From: Corallochytrium limacisporum Hawaii
Lineage: Eukaryota > Protista > Pluriformea
Assembly: GCA_002811645.1 (NCBI GenBank)
Contig: PDIP01000052.1
Span: 133,544-197,543, forward strand
DNA length: 64,000 bases
Reading direction: 5' to 3'
Of the stretch, positions 1-9,698 are shown piece after piece; position 1 is the stretch's first letter; every line of letters begins with the position of its first letter. The notes beneath the pieces were generated by a model. That model was not told where the DNA came from. It saw only the letters and a list, made by a program, of their open reading frames with translations, and did no database searches. The translations under genes were made by a program, and so were the position numbers.

Positions 1-858
1 CTCTGCGTCTCATTCTGCGGGTTTGTGGTACTGACAAATTTGAGCCTGCGATACAATTCAGTCGGGTTTTACCAGCTGGCCAAGGTAATGACAACGCCTG
101 TGATTATTGCAGTCCAGATGTATCATTATAAAAAGAAATTCTCTCGGGAAATCTTGCTCAGCTTGGCACCCATTATTGTAGGGGTGATTCTGAACGGATC
201 GTTTGACATCCAGCTCAATCTTATAGGAACCTTCTACGCTGCAGCAGGCGTTCTGAGCACCAGCTTCTACCAGATTTGGGTTGGCACCAAGCAGAAGGAT
301 CTCGATATGACGTCAATGCAGCTCCTTTATTACCAGGCTCCCATTAGCGCACTGATGCTGGTCGTCGCCGCACCGTTCTTTGACCAAATCCTCGGGCCGG
401 AGGGTCTTCTAAACTATCAGTTTACAACGGGTGCCGTCTTTACTGTGCTGTTGAGCGGGCTGATCTCGTTCGCAGTCAATCTGAGTATCTTCATGGTCAT
501 CGGCAAGACTAGTCCAGTCTCCTATAATGTCCTGGGGCACTTCAAACTCTGCGTTGTCCTTCTTGGCGGATGGATCGTCTTCCAAGAACAATTGAACTAT
601 GTGCAAATGTTCGGCACTGCAATTGCCCTTGGTGGCATCTTCTGGTACACCCATCTCAAACTACAGGAGCAAGAACGGGAGAAGCGGGCCAAGGAGAAGG
701 GCAAGATGGCACAGCCCGTCAATGGAAGCCCTACCCCGGGGTCCCAATACATCAGGACCACCACGAGCGCATCACCCGCACACACGGCCGTCTACCGCAG
801 CGTCAGTGTCAATGACGCTGCAGAGACGATCAACACCGCGCCCTTGCTGCCCAAATGA
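1..858 (+). CDS. SLC35E3: Nucleotide-sugar/triose-phosphate transporter family, SLC35E3-like (5' end lies outside the window)
   Basis: Frame is open from base 1 (LCVSFCGFVVLTNLSLRYNSVGFYQLAKVMTTP). Motifs SMQLLYYQAP and IGKTSPVSYNVLGHFK and multiple hydrophobic helices are typical of SLC35E3/UXT-type transporters. Confidence 0.88.
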   Translation, partial: LCVSFCGFVVLTNLSLRYNSVGFYQLAKVMTTPVIIAVQMYHYKKKFSREILLSLAPIIVGVILNGSFDIQLNLIGTFYAAAGVLSTSFYQIWVGTKQKDLDMTSMQLLYYQAPISALMLVVAAPFFDQILGPEGLLNYQFTTGAVFTVLLSGLISFAVNLSIFMVIGKTSPVSYNVLGHFKLCVVLLGGWIVFQEQLNYVQMFGTAIALGGIFWYTHLKLQEQEREKRAKEKGKMAQPVNGSPTPGSQYIRTTTSASPAHTAVYRSVSVNDAAETINTAPLLPK

Positions 859-1106
859 AACATAAAATGGAAAGAGAAATAAACTTGCACATGACATCGT
901 CATGATTGGAAAGCCCCCAGTGTAAGTGTTTTCGTTAGGATCCGGTCTCTTGGCGCTTTGGTCGCATCCGACTTTTCCAGCGATGTAATCACCCACCCGC
1001 CAGCCCGGCCACCGCGCACTCAACCCACCATCCCACTCCCAAAGGGAAAGGTGAGTGAGAATTGATGAATATGAAAGGCAGCACAGAGCCTGGGGCAGGG
1101 AAGAGG

Positions 1107-1132
1107 CCCCCCCCCCCCCCGGGGGGAGGGGG
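1107..1132. promoter_or_regulatory. C14-G6AG5 quasi-palindromic tract upstream of the 1587 gene
   Basis: The tract is seen directly. A regulatory role is inferred from its recurrence in promoter-side intergenic regions. Confidence 0.4.
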
Positions 1133-1586
1133 AAGGCGGTTTGGCGCTCTGCCCCATAACCCCGCGAATGCGTGTGTTTTTTATTTGGCTTTTTTTTTGT
1201 ATTTTTATTTTTGGTTGGGTTCTTTAATTTTCTCCCGGGATGGGTGTACCCCAAGAACGTGTACGATTGTATACAATACAGTCCCTGGAATTTTTCTGTG
1301 CGTGGCAACAATGCCCAGTGCCCGCCACACACACTGCCGGACCTTCCCTTTTCTTTGGACAAAGGGCTAGGAATACCAGGAATGTCATATTCCACGATAT
1401 CTGCAGAGTCGTATTTAAGAGATGTAAGCTAACGACGACGACGACGACGAAATCAGAAGTTGTAGATGATACAACACTCTTGTGGATAGAATTGGCAGGT
1501 GTGCGGTGCACGATAGCGGCTCAACAACTCGATGATGTAGGAGCCAATAGGAAACACAGAGTGAAAGAAGAACAAGCAAGAAAACC

Positions 1587-3053
1587 ATGAATACTCAAAC
1601 TCCACAAGAGCGGTTCATGACCAAAGCCCGGGATCATGCCATCAGCACGACTCTTGTAACACTATTGACAATGGGAACGTTTCTTTCCTGGCTTTTCTCG
1701 GATTACACGAATCCGCAGCTACCCCCGGCTTTTGTGGTCGCGTCTGAGAACGCCTTGAGCTTCCTGAGCCTACTCCTGGCAGGTTTTGTAGTGGTAAGAT
1801 CGTACACACTTGGAATCTTCATACCATGGCTGCTGAGTTTGCAGGCAGTGATTACACTTTCGGTACCGGTAGATAGCATGGAGAGTTATTGGCAAACCAT
1901 GACTGCGGGACTAGTGGTAACGCAAGTGGCAACCAACATCACGATGAGCACCATGATTGTCATCCTCTACCTTATTACGCAGGCAGAGTACCTGCTCTTC
2001 ACCATATACGGAGCACCCTATGCTCTGATTGGTAGTCTGTTGGTCGTCATCAGCTACTGCTATCCCGACCATTCGACCCTGATTGGCTTGCTGTTGCACA
2101 CGGCGGTGCCGGAGGAACTCCTGCTCAGAACAAGCGCCGGCAGGACCATCTTGGCCTTCATGAGTGGTGGGTCGAGCACCACGACTGTGAACGGGGGAGC
2201 GTCAGGGGCGGTGACGGGTAATGATCCATTTATGAGCGGCTTGCTGTCCCTGTCACCGTCGGTGGCGCGCAGTCCGTTTGTGTACGTCATCTGCCTGGTT
2301 GTTTTCCACATCCTGCAGATGGTCACACTGGCATCGGTGATTGGTACGTCCATTGCGGTGTTGTACACTTGGTTTTTCCTCGTCTTCATCATGGAGGAAT
2401 TGAAAATGGAAAGGAGGAAAGCTGTCGGTGGCATGCAAATGAATAGCTCGCACGACGATGCGGATGGTACCACCAACGAAGTTGGGGAGCAGCACTTGAT
2501 CGACCACGACCCGACGGATCCGGGATCATCGGCACGGCAGGCAGCGGCAGCTGTGGCATCTCAGCATGCAGGCTTAAATAACATCACCAACCGAGGCTTG
2601 CGGCCAATGTTTATGCTCCCAGCCCCTGTGGGCAACCTGGTCGAGGCAACCTTACTGCCCAGCCTTGCATTCTTGGACCATGTTTTGCAAAAGTTTGTGC
2701 AAAAGCGCATGATTCAGCTTATTAATACCATCGGCCTCGACAAAGGTAATGCGGCGGCGGAAATGGACGCGGAAATGGAGGCAGGCAGCAGCCGACGGGC
2801 TGGCGGCTTCACGGAGTCCACTCCCGCTCCGGAAGCTGCACCGGTGGACTTTGCCAACGACGCGCGGCGACAAGCTGCATTGCGGGACCTTCAATCCCAG
2901 CCCGCGGCTGCGATACCATCCACAGGAACAACAGCCGCACCGGCAGCCATGCCAACTTCGGACGCGGACTTAGATGAAGCTGCGGAACGACGGCGCCAGT
3001 TGGCAATGCAGGACCTTGGTCGAGCGGTTGGGGGCGGACCCGACAGCCAGTGA
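1587..3053 (+). CDS. Uncharacterised multi-pass membrane protein (488 aa)
   Basis: Long ATG ORF with aaaccATG context; about 7-8 hydrophobic segments in the first 270 aa and a low-complexity C-terminal tail. No family recognised. Confidence 0.8.
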   Translation: MNTQTPQERFMTKARDHAISTTLVTLLTMGTFLSWLFSDYTNPQLPPAFVVASENALSFLSLLLAGFVVVRSYTLGIFIPWLLSLQAVITLSVPVDSMESYWQTMTAGLVVTQVATNITMSTMIVILYLITQAEYLLFTIYGAPYALIGSLLVVISYCYPDHSTLIGLLLHTAVPEELLLRTSAGRTILAFMSGGSSTTTVNGGASGAVTGNDPFMSGLLSLSPSVARSPFVYVICLVVFHILQMVTLASVIGTSIAVLYTWFFLVFIMEELKMERRKAVGGMQMNSSHDDADGTTNEVGEQHLIDHDPTDPGSSARQAAAAVASQHAGLNNITNRGLRPMFMLPAPVGNLVEATLLPSLAFLDHVLQKFVQKRMIQLINTIGLDKGNAAAEMDAEMEAGSSRRAGGFTESTPAPEAAPVDFANDARRQAALRDLQSQPAAAIPSTGTTAAPAAMPTSDADLDEAAERRRQLAMQDLGRAVGGGPDSQ

Positions 3054-3156
3054 TAAGGGCCTTTATATTCGTCGGTCCAACAGTAAAGAAGAAGGGAAAC
3101 CTTTCTATTAGCAATCCTTTTGTGTAGTGTTTAGTATTCTTTGAATTTGACATCCA

Positions 3157-6100
3157 TCAGGGTTGTGGCATTACCGAGCCTAGGCTGCGCTCTAGTGCGA
3201 GGTTCTGCCGCAATCGTTCTACTGTCATTGTGGCTTTCAGGCTCTCCACGGCTGCCTCATAGTCGAGCAGGGCGCGGGCCTCGATTGCCTTGCCAGCAGC
3301 ATTTTGGGCGCGCCGACTTCGGCAGTGCGTTGGGGTCGATGGCGACGATGTTACTGGAGATTTTAGTTTGAGGTTCTCAATGTTCGTTTTGGAGCCACCG
3401 CTGATGCTATCATCCTTGTCCGTAGCCGCGTAGAGCAAGGTGCTGTCGACGGCGTAGAGCGCTCCGGTGGCGAACGCCACACTTCCATCACCACATCCGG
3501 TCTGGTCTTTGGTCAATCTCTCGGCGCCAGTACCTCGCAGGGGTGTCGAAACACCGGCAGCGTCCGGTGTACCGTACACTTGCCGTCCGACCATCATTGA
3601 CCGCATCCAACTGCCGAAGGTGCTTTCGCTTCCAGCGCGTCGGTGCTGATCCATTGGGGTCGATGCGGGGGTAGCAGGTCCTCCCGTCGATGCCGCAGGG
3701 GCGGTAACCCCAGTTGGTGGCATCAATTGCCAGGGGACTAAACGCAAATCGAGGAATTTTTCTACAACGATCGGATCCACCACACCAACAACACGCACTT
3801 TCACGGCCAGCGCAAAACGGAGGACATGCCCCGGTGCTGTGACGCGGTGCAGACGTGGATCTTGCAATTGTCCAAAATCCCATGAACACATTGCGGACAC
3901 CGCGCTGCCAGCGTCTCCGATAATATCGCGAATTAGAATCGGCAGGATCTGCACCGTGCTGAATTGTTCTGGGGCACCTGCGGTGGACGGCCCCGAAGTG
4001 TCAGCAGCTGATGATGCGCCGTGAGTCATGGGCACGCGCTCTGGTGACCCATCGCGGGGAGCTGCCATACGGCCCACACTGTGTCCAATGCCCTGTGCAA
4101 TAGCCGTAGATGATGTGGCATTGAAAATGGTCGAGTCCAGGACGTCCCGGTCGTCGACATCGATCACGGCAGTCGCAGCCTCGGCAGACTCTGGATTTAG
4201 AGCTGCAGTATCGGCGTTTCCATGTCCGGCGGGGTAGCTCAACCGCTCCTCGATGGCGATATCACTACTGGACCACAGCGAACGTTCCTCCGGCGGCAGT
4301 CGCTCAATGATCTCTGCGACGGCACTGATGGTGAGGGACGCGGAGTGCATGCTCTGATCTGCATCAGTGCCTACCGCCACCATTGTTGGCACCTGAACTA
4401 GAGGTGGATCCCTGCCCAGGCCCAAGCTATTGTTATCGTTGTTGATGTTAGTGTTGGAGGCCAAGTCGCCAGTGTCATTACCTCGATCCTGCATGAGGCC
4501 ATCCCTCTGCAGCAGCAGGGACATGCTCTCCCGGATAAGCCGGTCCTGGCGCCGTCCGAGGCGTTCTGTGGGCATCGCGTCACCTCCATGATCGATTTCT
4601 AAGTGGCTGAGATTCTTCACTGATGACTGTGGCGGTACTATACTGTCGTCAGCTTTGGTAATGTCATTCCGTCGACCAAGGAGCTCCTGGAGCTGACGGA
4701 TGCGTTCGTCAACTGCCCGCTTCCGGAGCTCAAGTAATGCAATGTCCCGATCAATCGCCAGGGATCGTGAGTCTTGCGGAGCTTGGGCATCCAAAGCCAC
4801 TTCTGTAACGTTTACCAGGGCCACCTCCTCAATTGCCTCAAGCTGCAGTTTTGCCAGATTAACGCCACCGCCACCGGTCATGTGGTTTAGGTGACTGTGC
4901 TCGCCTCTCAGCCCGTGGCTTTTGTGCGCTGCGTACGCCATGTCCAGGCGTGACACATAAACACTCAGGCGCCGCACGGAGCCTTGGCGGGCGGCAATCA
5001 CTCCGCCAGCATGGAGAGAGACAGTGTCGGTCTCCGAGCCGAAGTTCCACCGCTCTTGTGTAGTCATTGGTCCAAGCCCATGGCCCTCGAGGGTCCAGGC
5101 AATCGCCCCTGCCAACGATCGTGGCGGCTTCCGTGGTGGTGCGCGGATTGGCAAGGGCACGAAAATACCATCCTCGTTTGGCTCCAGAACGGAAAACTGT
5201 AAACCCACGCCCCAGAAGCCTCTGATGGCATCTGTGAATTTGCCCAGGCGTGCCATGCTTTCGTTGTCGACTGTGAGGCAGTGCAAAGGCAGCTCTCGCA
5301 GCGATCGGAGAATGGTCCGTGGTACAGCCAGGTGAGCACCAGGCCCGGAGCCAGTTGGCTGCCTGAAAAGAGCGAGCCAGCGCTGTTGGTTTGCCATTCC
5401 CCGAGGAGTCAGTCCTTGCGTATCATCAAGGAAAGGCGAATTGGAAGCCGATGCCACGGTTCTATTGTGGCTGTTGCCGGCGGTGACTGCAACTGGTCCG
5501 TCGTCCCCTCCTCGTGGAGAGAGTCCCCGCATCGCGAGGCGAACATTGTGACCCCACAGCTCGATAGCCAGCGCTCCATTGCTAAGGTATTGCAGAAACA
5601 TGTCATCAACCGGGTCGACGGCAAAAACTTTTCGACTATTGAAGCGGATTGTTTCGGTTTCGTCCTGCAAGGATCCCTCGAGCTGTTGGAAACTGTCGCC
5701 TAAGTTTTCAACATAGGTACTAGGGTCATCGCTCTGCTCCATGCTGTCTGTCATACGATCTGGCCTCTCCTCAGGCACACGGATCTCCTCCTGCTGCCAG
5801 AAATGATACTTTGCAAAGACAAAGTCAGTGTTGTTACCGCTTAGACCCTCGGCCACTCCGAGGATGATTTCGTATCGTTCACTGTCGCCAGCCTCCGTCT
5901 CCCTCACAATCGCTGTGCGCGCGCGGTCGACGCTTGCCTGCTTGACGCCCCTCGCAAATAGCACATCCTTTGGCGGAGAATGATTGTGCAGACCACTGCC
6001 GTGTGTGTGGTGAAGCATACCATTGCTGCTCTGCGGACATGGAGTCGCCTTTGACGGCTGATATCGACCGGCATCCGGTGTGGCTGTGCGGTTGTTGTTC

Positions 6101-9100
6101 TGCAAGGCTTTCGTCGGAGATTTTCGTCCATTCTTGAGATCCACATCTGTGAAACTGGATCGTCTCCCGGGGTTTATTTCGCTCGCATTCGGCATAACCG
6201 TACCTTGCATAAGCTCAGCGTTATTAAGGCTGAGGTACTCACCTAGGGCCGCCACTTCGTGGCGCTGCGGAAGGCGCCTCAGAGCAACACTCAGGCGGCC
6301 GCGCTTGAGTCCCCTCTGGTCAAAGATCGGTGTCTGAACAACGAAACCTGGCAGCGTGAACATCAATGGTCTGAGGTAGACATGCGCAATCCCCGCCAGC
6401 GCATAGTCATGCGGTTCATGGAACGGGTTCCCCACTCGACCGTTGCTGTCTGTGTCGGGCTCGGCAGGGCCATCATCGAGGGTCAGAGAGCTCGCTTCCG
6501 GTTCGTCCGGCCTCGTGCCGGTCTCTTGATACTCTTCGTAGATCATTTGCATGTCTTCCACTCGTTCCTGGAACTTGTCCAGAGACAAGACGTGCATCGC
6601 ATTCTCGCGGCCATCTATAACCTCCACCACTATCTCTCCTTCCTGGTAGTCCTCATGGTAGAAGTACTTGTGGTCGCCGTCCACGGCCGTGAGAGCAAGG
6701 TCACCTGCTTTCTGTAGTACCTCAGAATGCAGTTGAATCTTCGCATGGAAGGTGACCTTTTCATGAAGGGCTTCCGCAATGGCGTTCGCAGTACGTATTT
6801 TGGGCATTACTACGAGCAAGTCTTGAAGCAGGCGCTGTCGTTCGCGGGCACGCCAGCGCATCAAAGCTTGCGCTTCTTCATGGGCCGGGTCAAGAAGTTT
6901 GCGCTGATGTTCCTCTTCCAAATTGTTCAACTTTTGCTGATACTCATTCGCCACCTCCCGAGTTGCTGATTCCCGAGCTTCTTTGATCCGTGCCTCATAC
7001 TCTGCACGAAGCGCTTCCTCATCGGCCGTAGACAACTTTGCCTTCTCAGGAGAAGTAGTATCGTTACCGACGCTTTCTTCTGTCAACTCTCGAAGGGCCA
7101 CATCTTCGTCGTTGTAAATGAGTTCACGCTGGGCCTGAGCCCATAAACTGCCGCGCACTCCGCCGATTTCTTGGCCACCTGGTCTCGGACATTGAGGTGC
7201 GTGCATGCGGTATAAATGGTTGTTGCCAAATAGAATACGGTCCCGGTGGTAAATCTGCTCTGTCATACCATCTACTACACGTTTACCGTTGATAAAGATA
7301 TCGGCATCGCAGCTTGGATAGGGAGTGATGGTAATTGAACAATTGTCTTCCGCCACGTCGATCAAGCAGTGCCGGTCCCGGATACCCAATCCATTGAATT
7401 GAATGGTGACTTGGTCAACATCTGATTCCGATATCGGCTTGTTCTGGTTGGGGTTGTCGCTCACCTGTGGCAAGTCTTCTCCTGGTACCATCTTGCCGAC
7501 CACATTCGAATAGTCCAGGTGGTATACCAGCAGCTCGTTCAGAGCAGGATCCTCATTCAAATTGATCAGGTATGGCTTATTCTGATCCAGTCCAATACCC
7601 CTTTGATCTGCCGCCAAGGTGATCCCAATGCGATTCAATTGTCGATTGTACTTGTTTAAATGTTCTTGTGACTCCTTAACCTTCTCTTCCCATGGCTTAC
7701 GAAGTTTTTCAATAAGAGACTCTGACTCCTCGAGTTTAGCACGCAGTTTGGCGGCCTCATCTCCACCCTTGCTTTTGGTTGCAGTACTGTTATGTCCGTC
7801 ACCAGCTGCAAGCCTAGCCTTGAGTTCTGCAAGTTCGTTTTTCAATTCCCGAATTATCCGTTGCTGCGGATCTTCATTGATTACAGCATGGTTGATAATC
7901 TTCTTCACGCTCTCGGCGTAGCGCAGGGTGCTCAGTGTTTCCTCTGCGTGCAGTGCGTTGGGAGTGATTGCGGCAACCATAATGGTCTTGGAATTGCCTC
8001 CCAAACTGTCTTTCAGTAACCACGTCAGCGTACTGTTTCGATACGGAATATGTCTTGTTCCATCAGTTTTCGAGGGACCCTCGGCCAGCCGATTGATCAC
8101 CAGACCCAGAGTACTCAGGCTCTTGTTGATGTTACCACTCTCCTTGAGCCGGACACCCTCAGCTCCTGTCTTGCTCACCCGCTCACTACCAGCCAGGTCA
8201 ACCAGACTGACACGTGAAGAGCGGATCATTGTGAGGTCTTTGCCCTCGCGTCGAACACTAGCAGATTCTGAAGGTATTTCCCCGGCATCATCGTCTACCT
8301 TGCTAATGGCCTTCAGTGGAGACTTTGACAGAGATCCGTTGGCGGGTTCTGCGCGCTCCTTCCGAGTGGTAGTTCGGCGCTCCACATTGAGCATGAAGAT
8401 AGCATGACTGCGACTACTCCGCGCATTCATGTTTGTGGCAGCCACCATCCGTGCCCGATTGCCGTTTGCTATCGTCTGCTCTATCTCCTCTAGGGTAGTG
8501 ACAGCAAGAGATGTCAGGCCCTCTACGTACGGACCGATACGGTAATGTTCTCGAATACGCAGCGGTTTGGCACTGTGCGGTTTGGCATCTGCAATACCTA
8601 TCGACTGCCCCGATTTGTTCTCACTTCTGTTCTTGGTCGGAGTTGGACTGGCCGAAGTACCTCCAGCGTCCTGGGCTAACAAATCTCGCACCTTTTCATT
8701 GTAGATCTCCAAGTAGCTTACCTCAACGTGGTACTTAGTCTGCGATATGTCTCCGGTGGCAAGATCTTCCACAGATCCCTTCGCCTCATCAGCTGCGATC
8801 CGGTCAAAAAGCCCCTTAGTCAATCGTGGGATGATACCTGGTTGCTCTGCTGTACCAAGCATGGTATGTGTTTTTCCTGCCCCTGTCTGTCCGTAAGCAA
8901 AGATACAGTTGTTGTAGCCAGCGACGCAATGGTCAATCACCGGCTTCGCCACGGTCTCATAGACCAATTCTTGAGTAGTTTCTGGTCCGAACACATGGTC
9001 GTAGTTGAATTTCTTCACATCCTGCCTATGGCTGTCTGTGGCTTGGCCATGGACCGTGTAGTGCGCACATCTGGCCACAGCAGAGTCCCCATCACAACCG

Positions 9101-9231
9101 ACTGCTTCCACAACATTGGCTCGCTTTGACCGCCTTTCGGAATCGTTGTTTGGACGTATACGCAACGCAACTTTGATCACCTCATCAGACCCTTCACCAG
9201 ACGCTTTGACGCACTCTGTTTCTGAAACCAT
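3157..9231 (-). CDS. KIF13: Kinesin-3, KIF13-like (motor, FHA, stalk; no CAP-Gly seen)
   Basis: Motor motifs AYGQTGAGKT, NARSSRSHA, LVDLAGSER, HIPYRNS. KIF13-type segments NEDPALNELLVY, FHA (HRDRILFGNNHLYR), GALAIELWGH, GGVIAARQG, ERLRQNLA. Confidence 0.93.
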   Translation of the reverse strand: MVSETECVKASGEGSDEVIKVALRIRPNNDSERRSKRANVVEAVGCDGDSAVARCAHYTVHGQATDSHRQDVKKFNYDHVFGPETTQELVYETVAKPVIDHCVAGYNNCIFAYGQTGAGKTHTMLGTAEQPGIIPRLTKGLFDRIAADEAKGSVEDLATGDISQTKYHVEVSYLEIYNEKVRDLLAQDAGGTSASPTPTKNRSENKSGQSIGIADAKPHSAKPLRIREHYRIGPYVEGLTSLAVTTLEEIEQTIANGNRARMVAATNMNARSSRSHAIFMLNVERRTTTRKERAEPANGSLSKSPLKAISKVDDDAGEIPSESASVRREGKDLTMIRSSRVSLVDLAGSERVSKTGAEGVRLKESGNINKSLSTLGLVINRLAEGPSKTDGTRHIPYRNSTLTWLLKDSLGGNSKTIMVAAITPNALHAEETLSTLRYAESVKKIINHAVINEDPQQRIIRELKNELAELKARLAAGDGHNSTATKSKGGDEAAKLRAKLEESESLIEKLRKPWEEKVKESQEHLNKYNRQLNRIGITLAADQRGIGLDQNKPYLINLNEDPALNELLVYHLDYSNVVGKMVPGEDLPQVSDNPNQNKPISESDVDQVTIQFNGLGIRDRHCLIDVAEDNCSITITPYPSCDADIFINGKRVVDGMTEQIYHRDRILFGNNHLYRMHAPQCPRPGGQEIGGVRGSLWAQAQRELIYNDEDVALRELTEESVGNDTTSPEKAKLSTADEEALRAEYEARIKEARESATREVANEYQQKLNNLEEEHQRKLLDPAHEEAQALMRWRARERQRLLQDLLVVMPKIRTANAIAEALHEKVTFHAKIQLHSEVLQKAGDLALTAVDGDHKYFYHEDYQEGEIVVEVIDGRENAMHVLSLDKFQERVEDMQMIYEEYQETGTRPDEPEASSLTLDDGPAEPDTDSNGRVGNPFHEPHDYALAGIAHVYLRPLMFTLPGFVVQTPIFDQRGLKRGRLSVALRRLPQRHEVAALGEYLSLNNAELMQGTVMPNASEINPGRRSSFTDVDLKNGRKSPTKALQNNNRTATPDAGRYQPSKATPCPQSSNGMLHHTHGSGLHNHSPPKDVLFARGVKQASVDRARTAIVRETEAGDSERYEIILGVAEGLSGNNTDFVFAKYHFWQQEEIRVPEERPDRMTDSMEQSDDPSTYVENLGDSFQQLEGSLQDETETIRFNSRKVFAVDPVDDMFLQYLSNGALAIELWGHNVRLAMRGLSPRGGDDGPVAVTAGNSHNRTVASASNSPFLDDTQGLTPRGMANQQRWLALFRQPTGSGPGAHLAVPRTILRSLRELPLHCLTVDNESMARLGKFTDAIRGFWGVGLQFSVLEPNEDGIFVPLPIRAPPRKPPRSLAGAIAWTLEGHGLGPMTTQERWNFGSETDTVSLHAGGVIAARQGSVRRLSVYVSRLDMAYAAHKSHGLRGEHSHLNHMTGGGGVNLAKLQLEAIEEVALVNVTEVALDAQAPQDSRSLAIDRDIALLELRKRAVDERIRQLQELLGRRNDITKADDSIVPPQSSVKNLSHLEIDHGGDAMPTERLGRRQDRLIRESMSLLLQRDGLMQDRGNDTGDLASNTNINNDNNSLGLGRDPPLVQVPTMVAVGTDADQSMHSASLTISAVAEIIERLPPEERSLWSSSDIAIEERLSYPAGHGNADTAALNPESAEAATAVIDVDDRDVLDSTIFNATSSTAIAQGIGHSVGRMAAPRDGSPERVPMTHGASSAADTSGPSTAGAPEQFSTVQILPILIRDIIGDAGSAVSAMCSWDFGQLQDPRLHRVTAPGHVLRFALAVKVRVVGVVDPIVVEKFLDLRLVPWQLMPPTGVTAPAASTGGPATPASTPMDQHRRAGSESTFGSWMRSMMVGRQVYGTPDAAGVSTPLRGTGAERLTKDQTGCGDGSVAFATGALYAVDSTLLYAATDKDDSISGGSKTNIENLKLKSPVTSSPSTPTHCRSRRAQNAAGKAIEARALLDYEAAVESLKATMTVERLRQNLALERSLGSVMPQP

Positions 9232-9698
9232 GGTTGTTCAAAGAAACAACTTTCGTAGAAGACAGAATTCTATACGATCGAGATCTGCTGATCTTCGGTA
9301 GCGAAGCGGAACCACATGATACGATCCCGGCCCAGTCACACTTGTGACCGTTTTGCCTTTGATCTATTTGACTTTGGAATCCCCTGATAAACAGGTCTAA
9401 CCTGGTAAGGTCAATACACGCGATTGAATACCTTGTGATTGATGGTCCACGGGGGTCTGGGGCCCGATGTCAAATTCGCGGTCAAACACGGGAATCGCCC
9501 TCTCCCAAAAATGTGACAAGAGGAAAACGTCAGGGAGCAAATAGGCCCCTGAATTGACTGGCAAGTTCACCAACCTTCGTGACCAGAGCTGCCGATCGCA
9601 TCCAGTATACGAGAGAAAGAGGAAACAGTCGCGGGCATGGATACCACATGAGCAGGCTTCACAATGTGTTTCTTTTTTATTACGTTACCGGATTCTAC

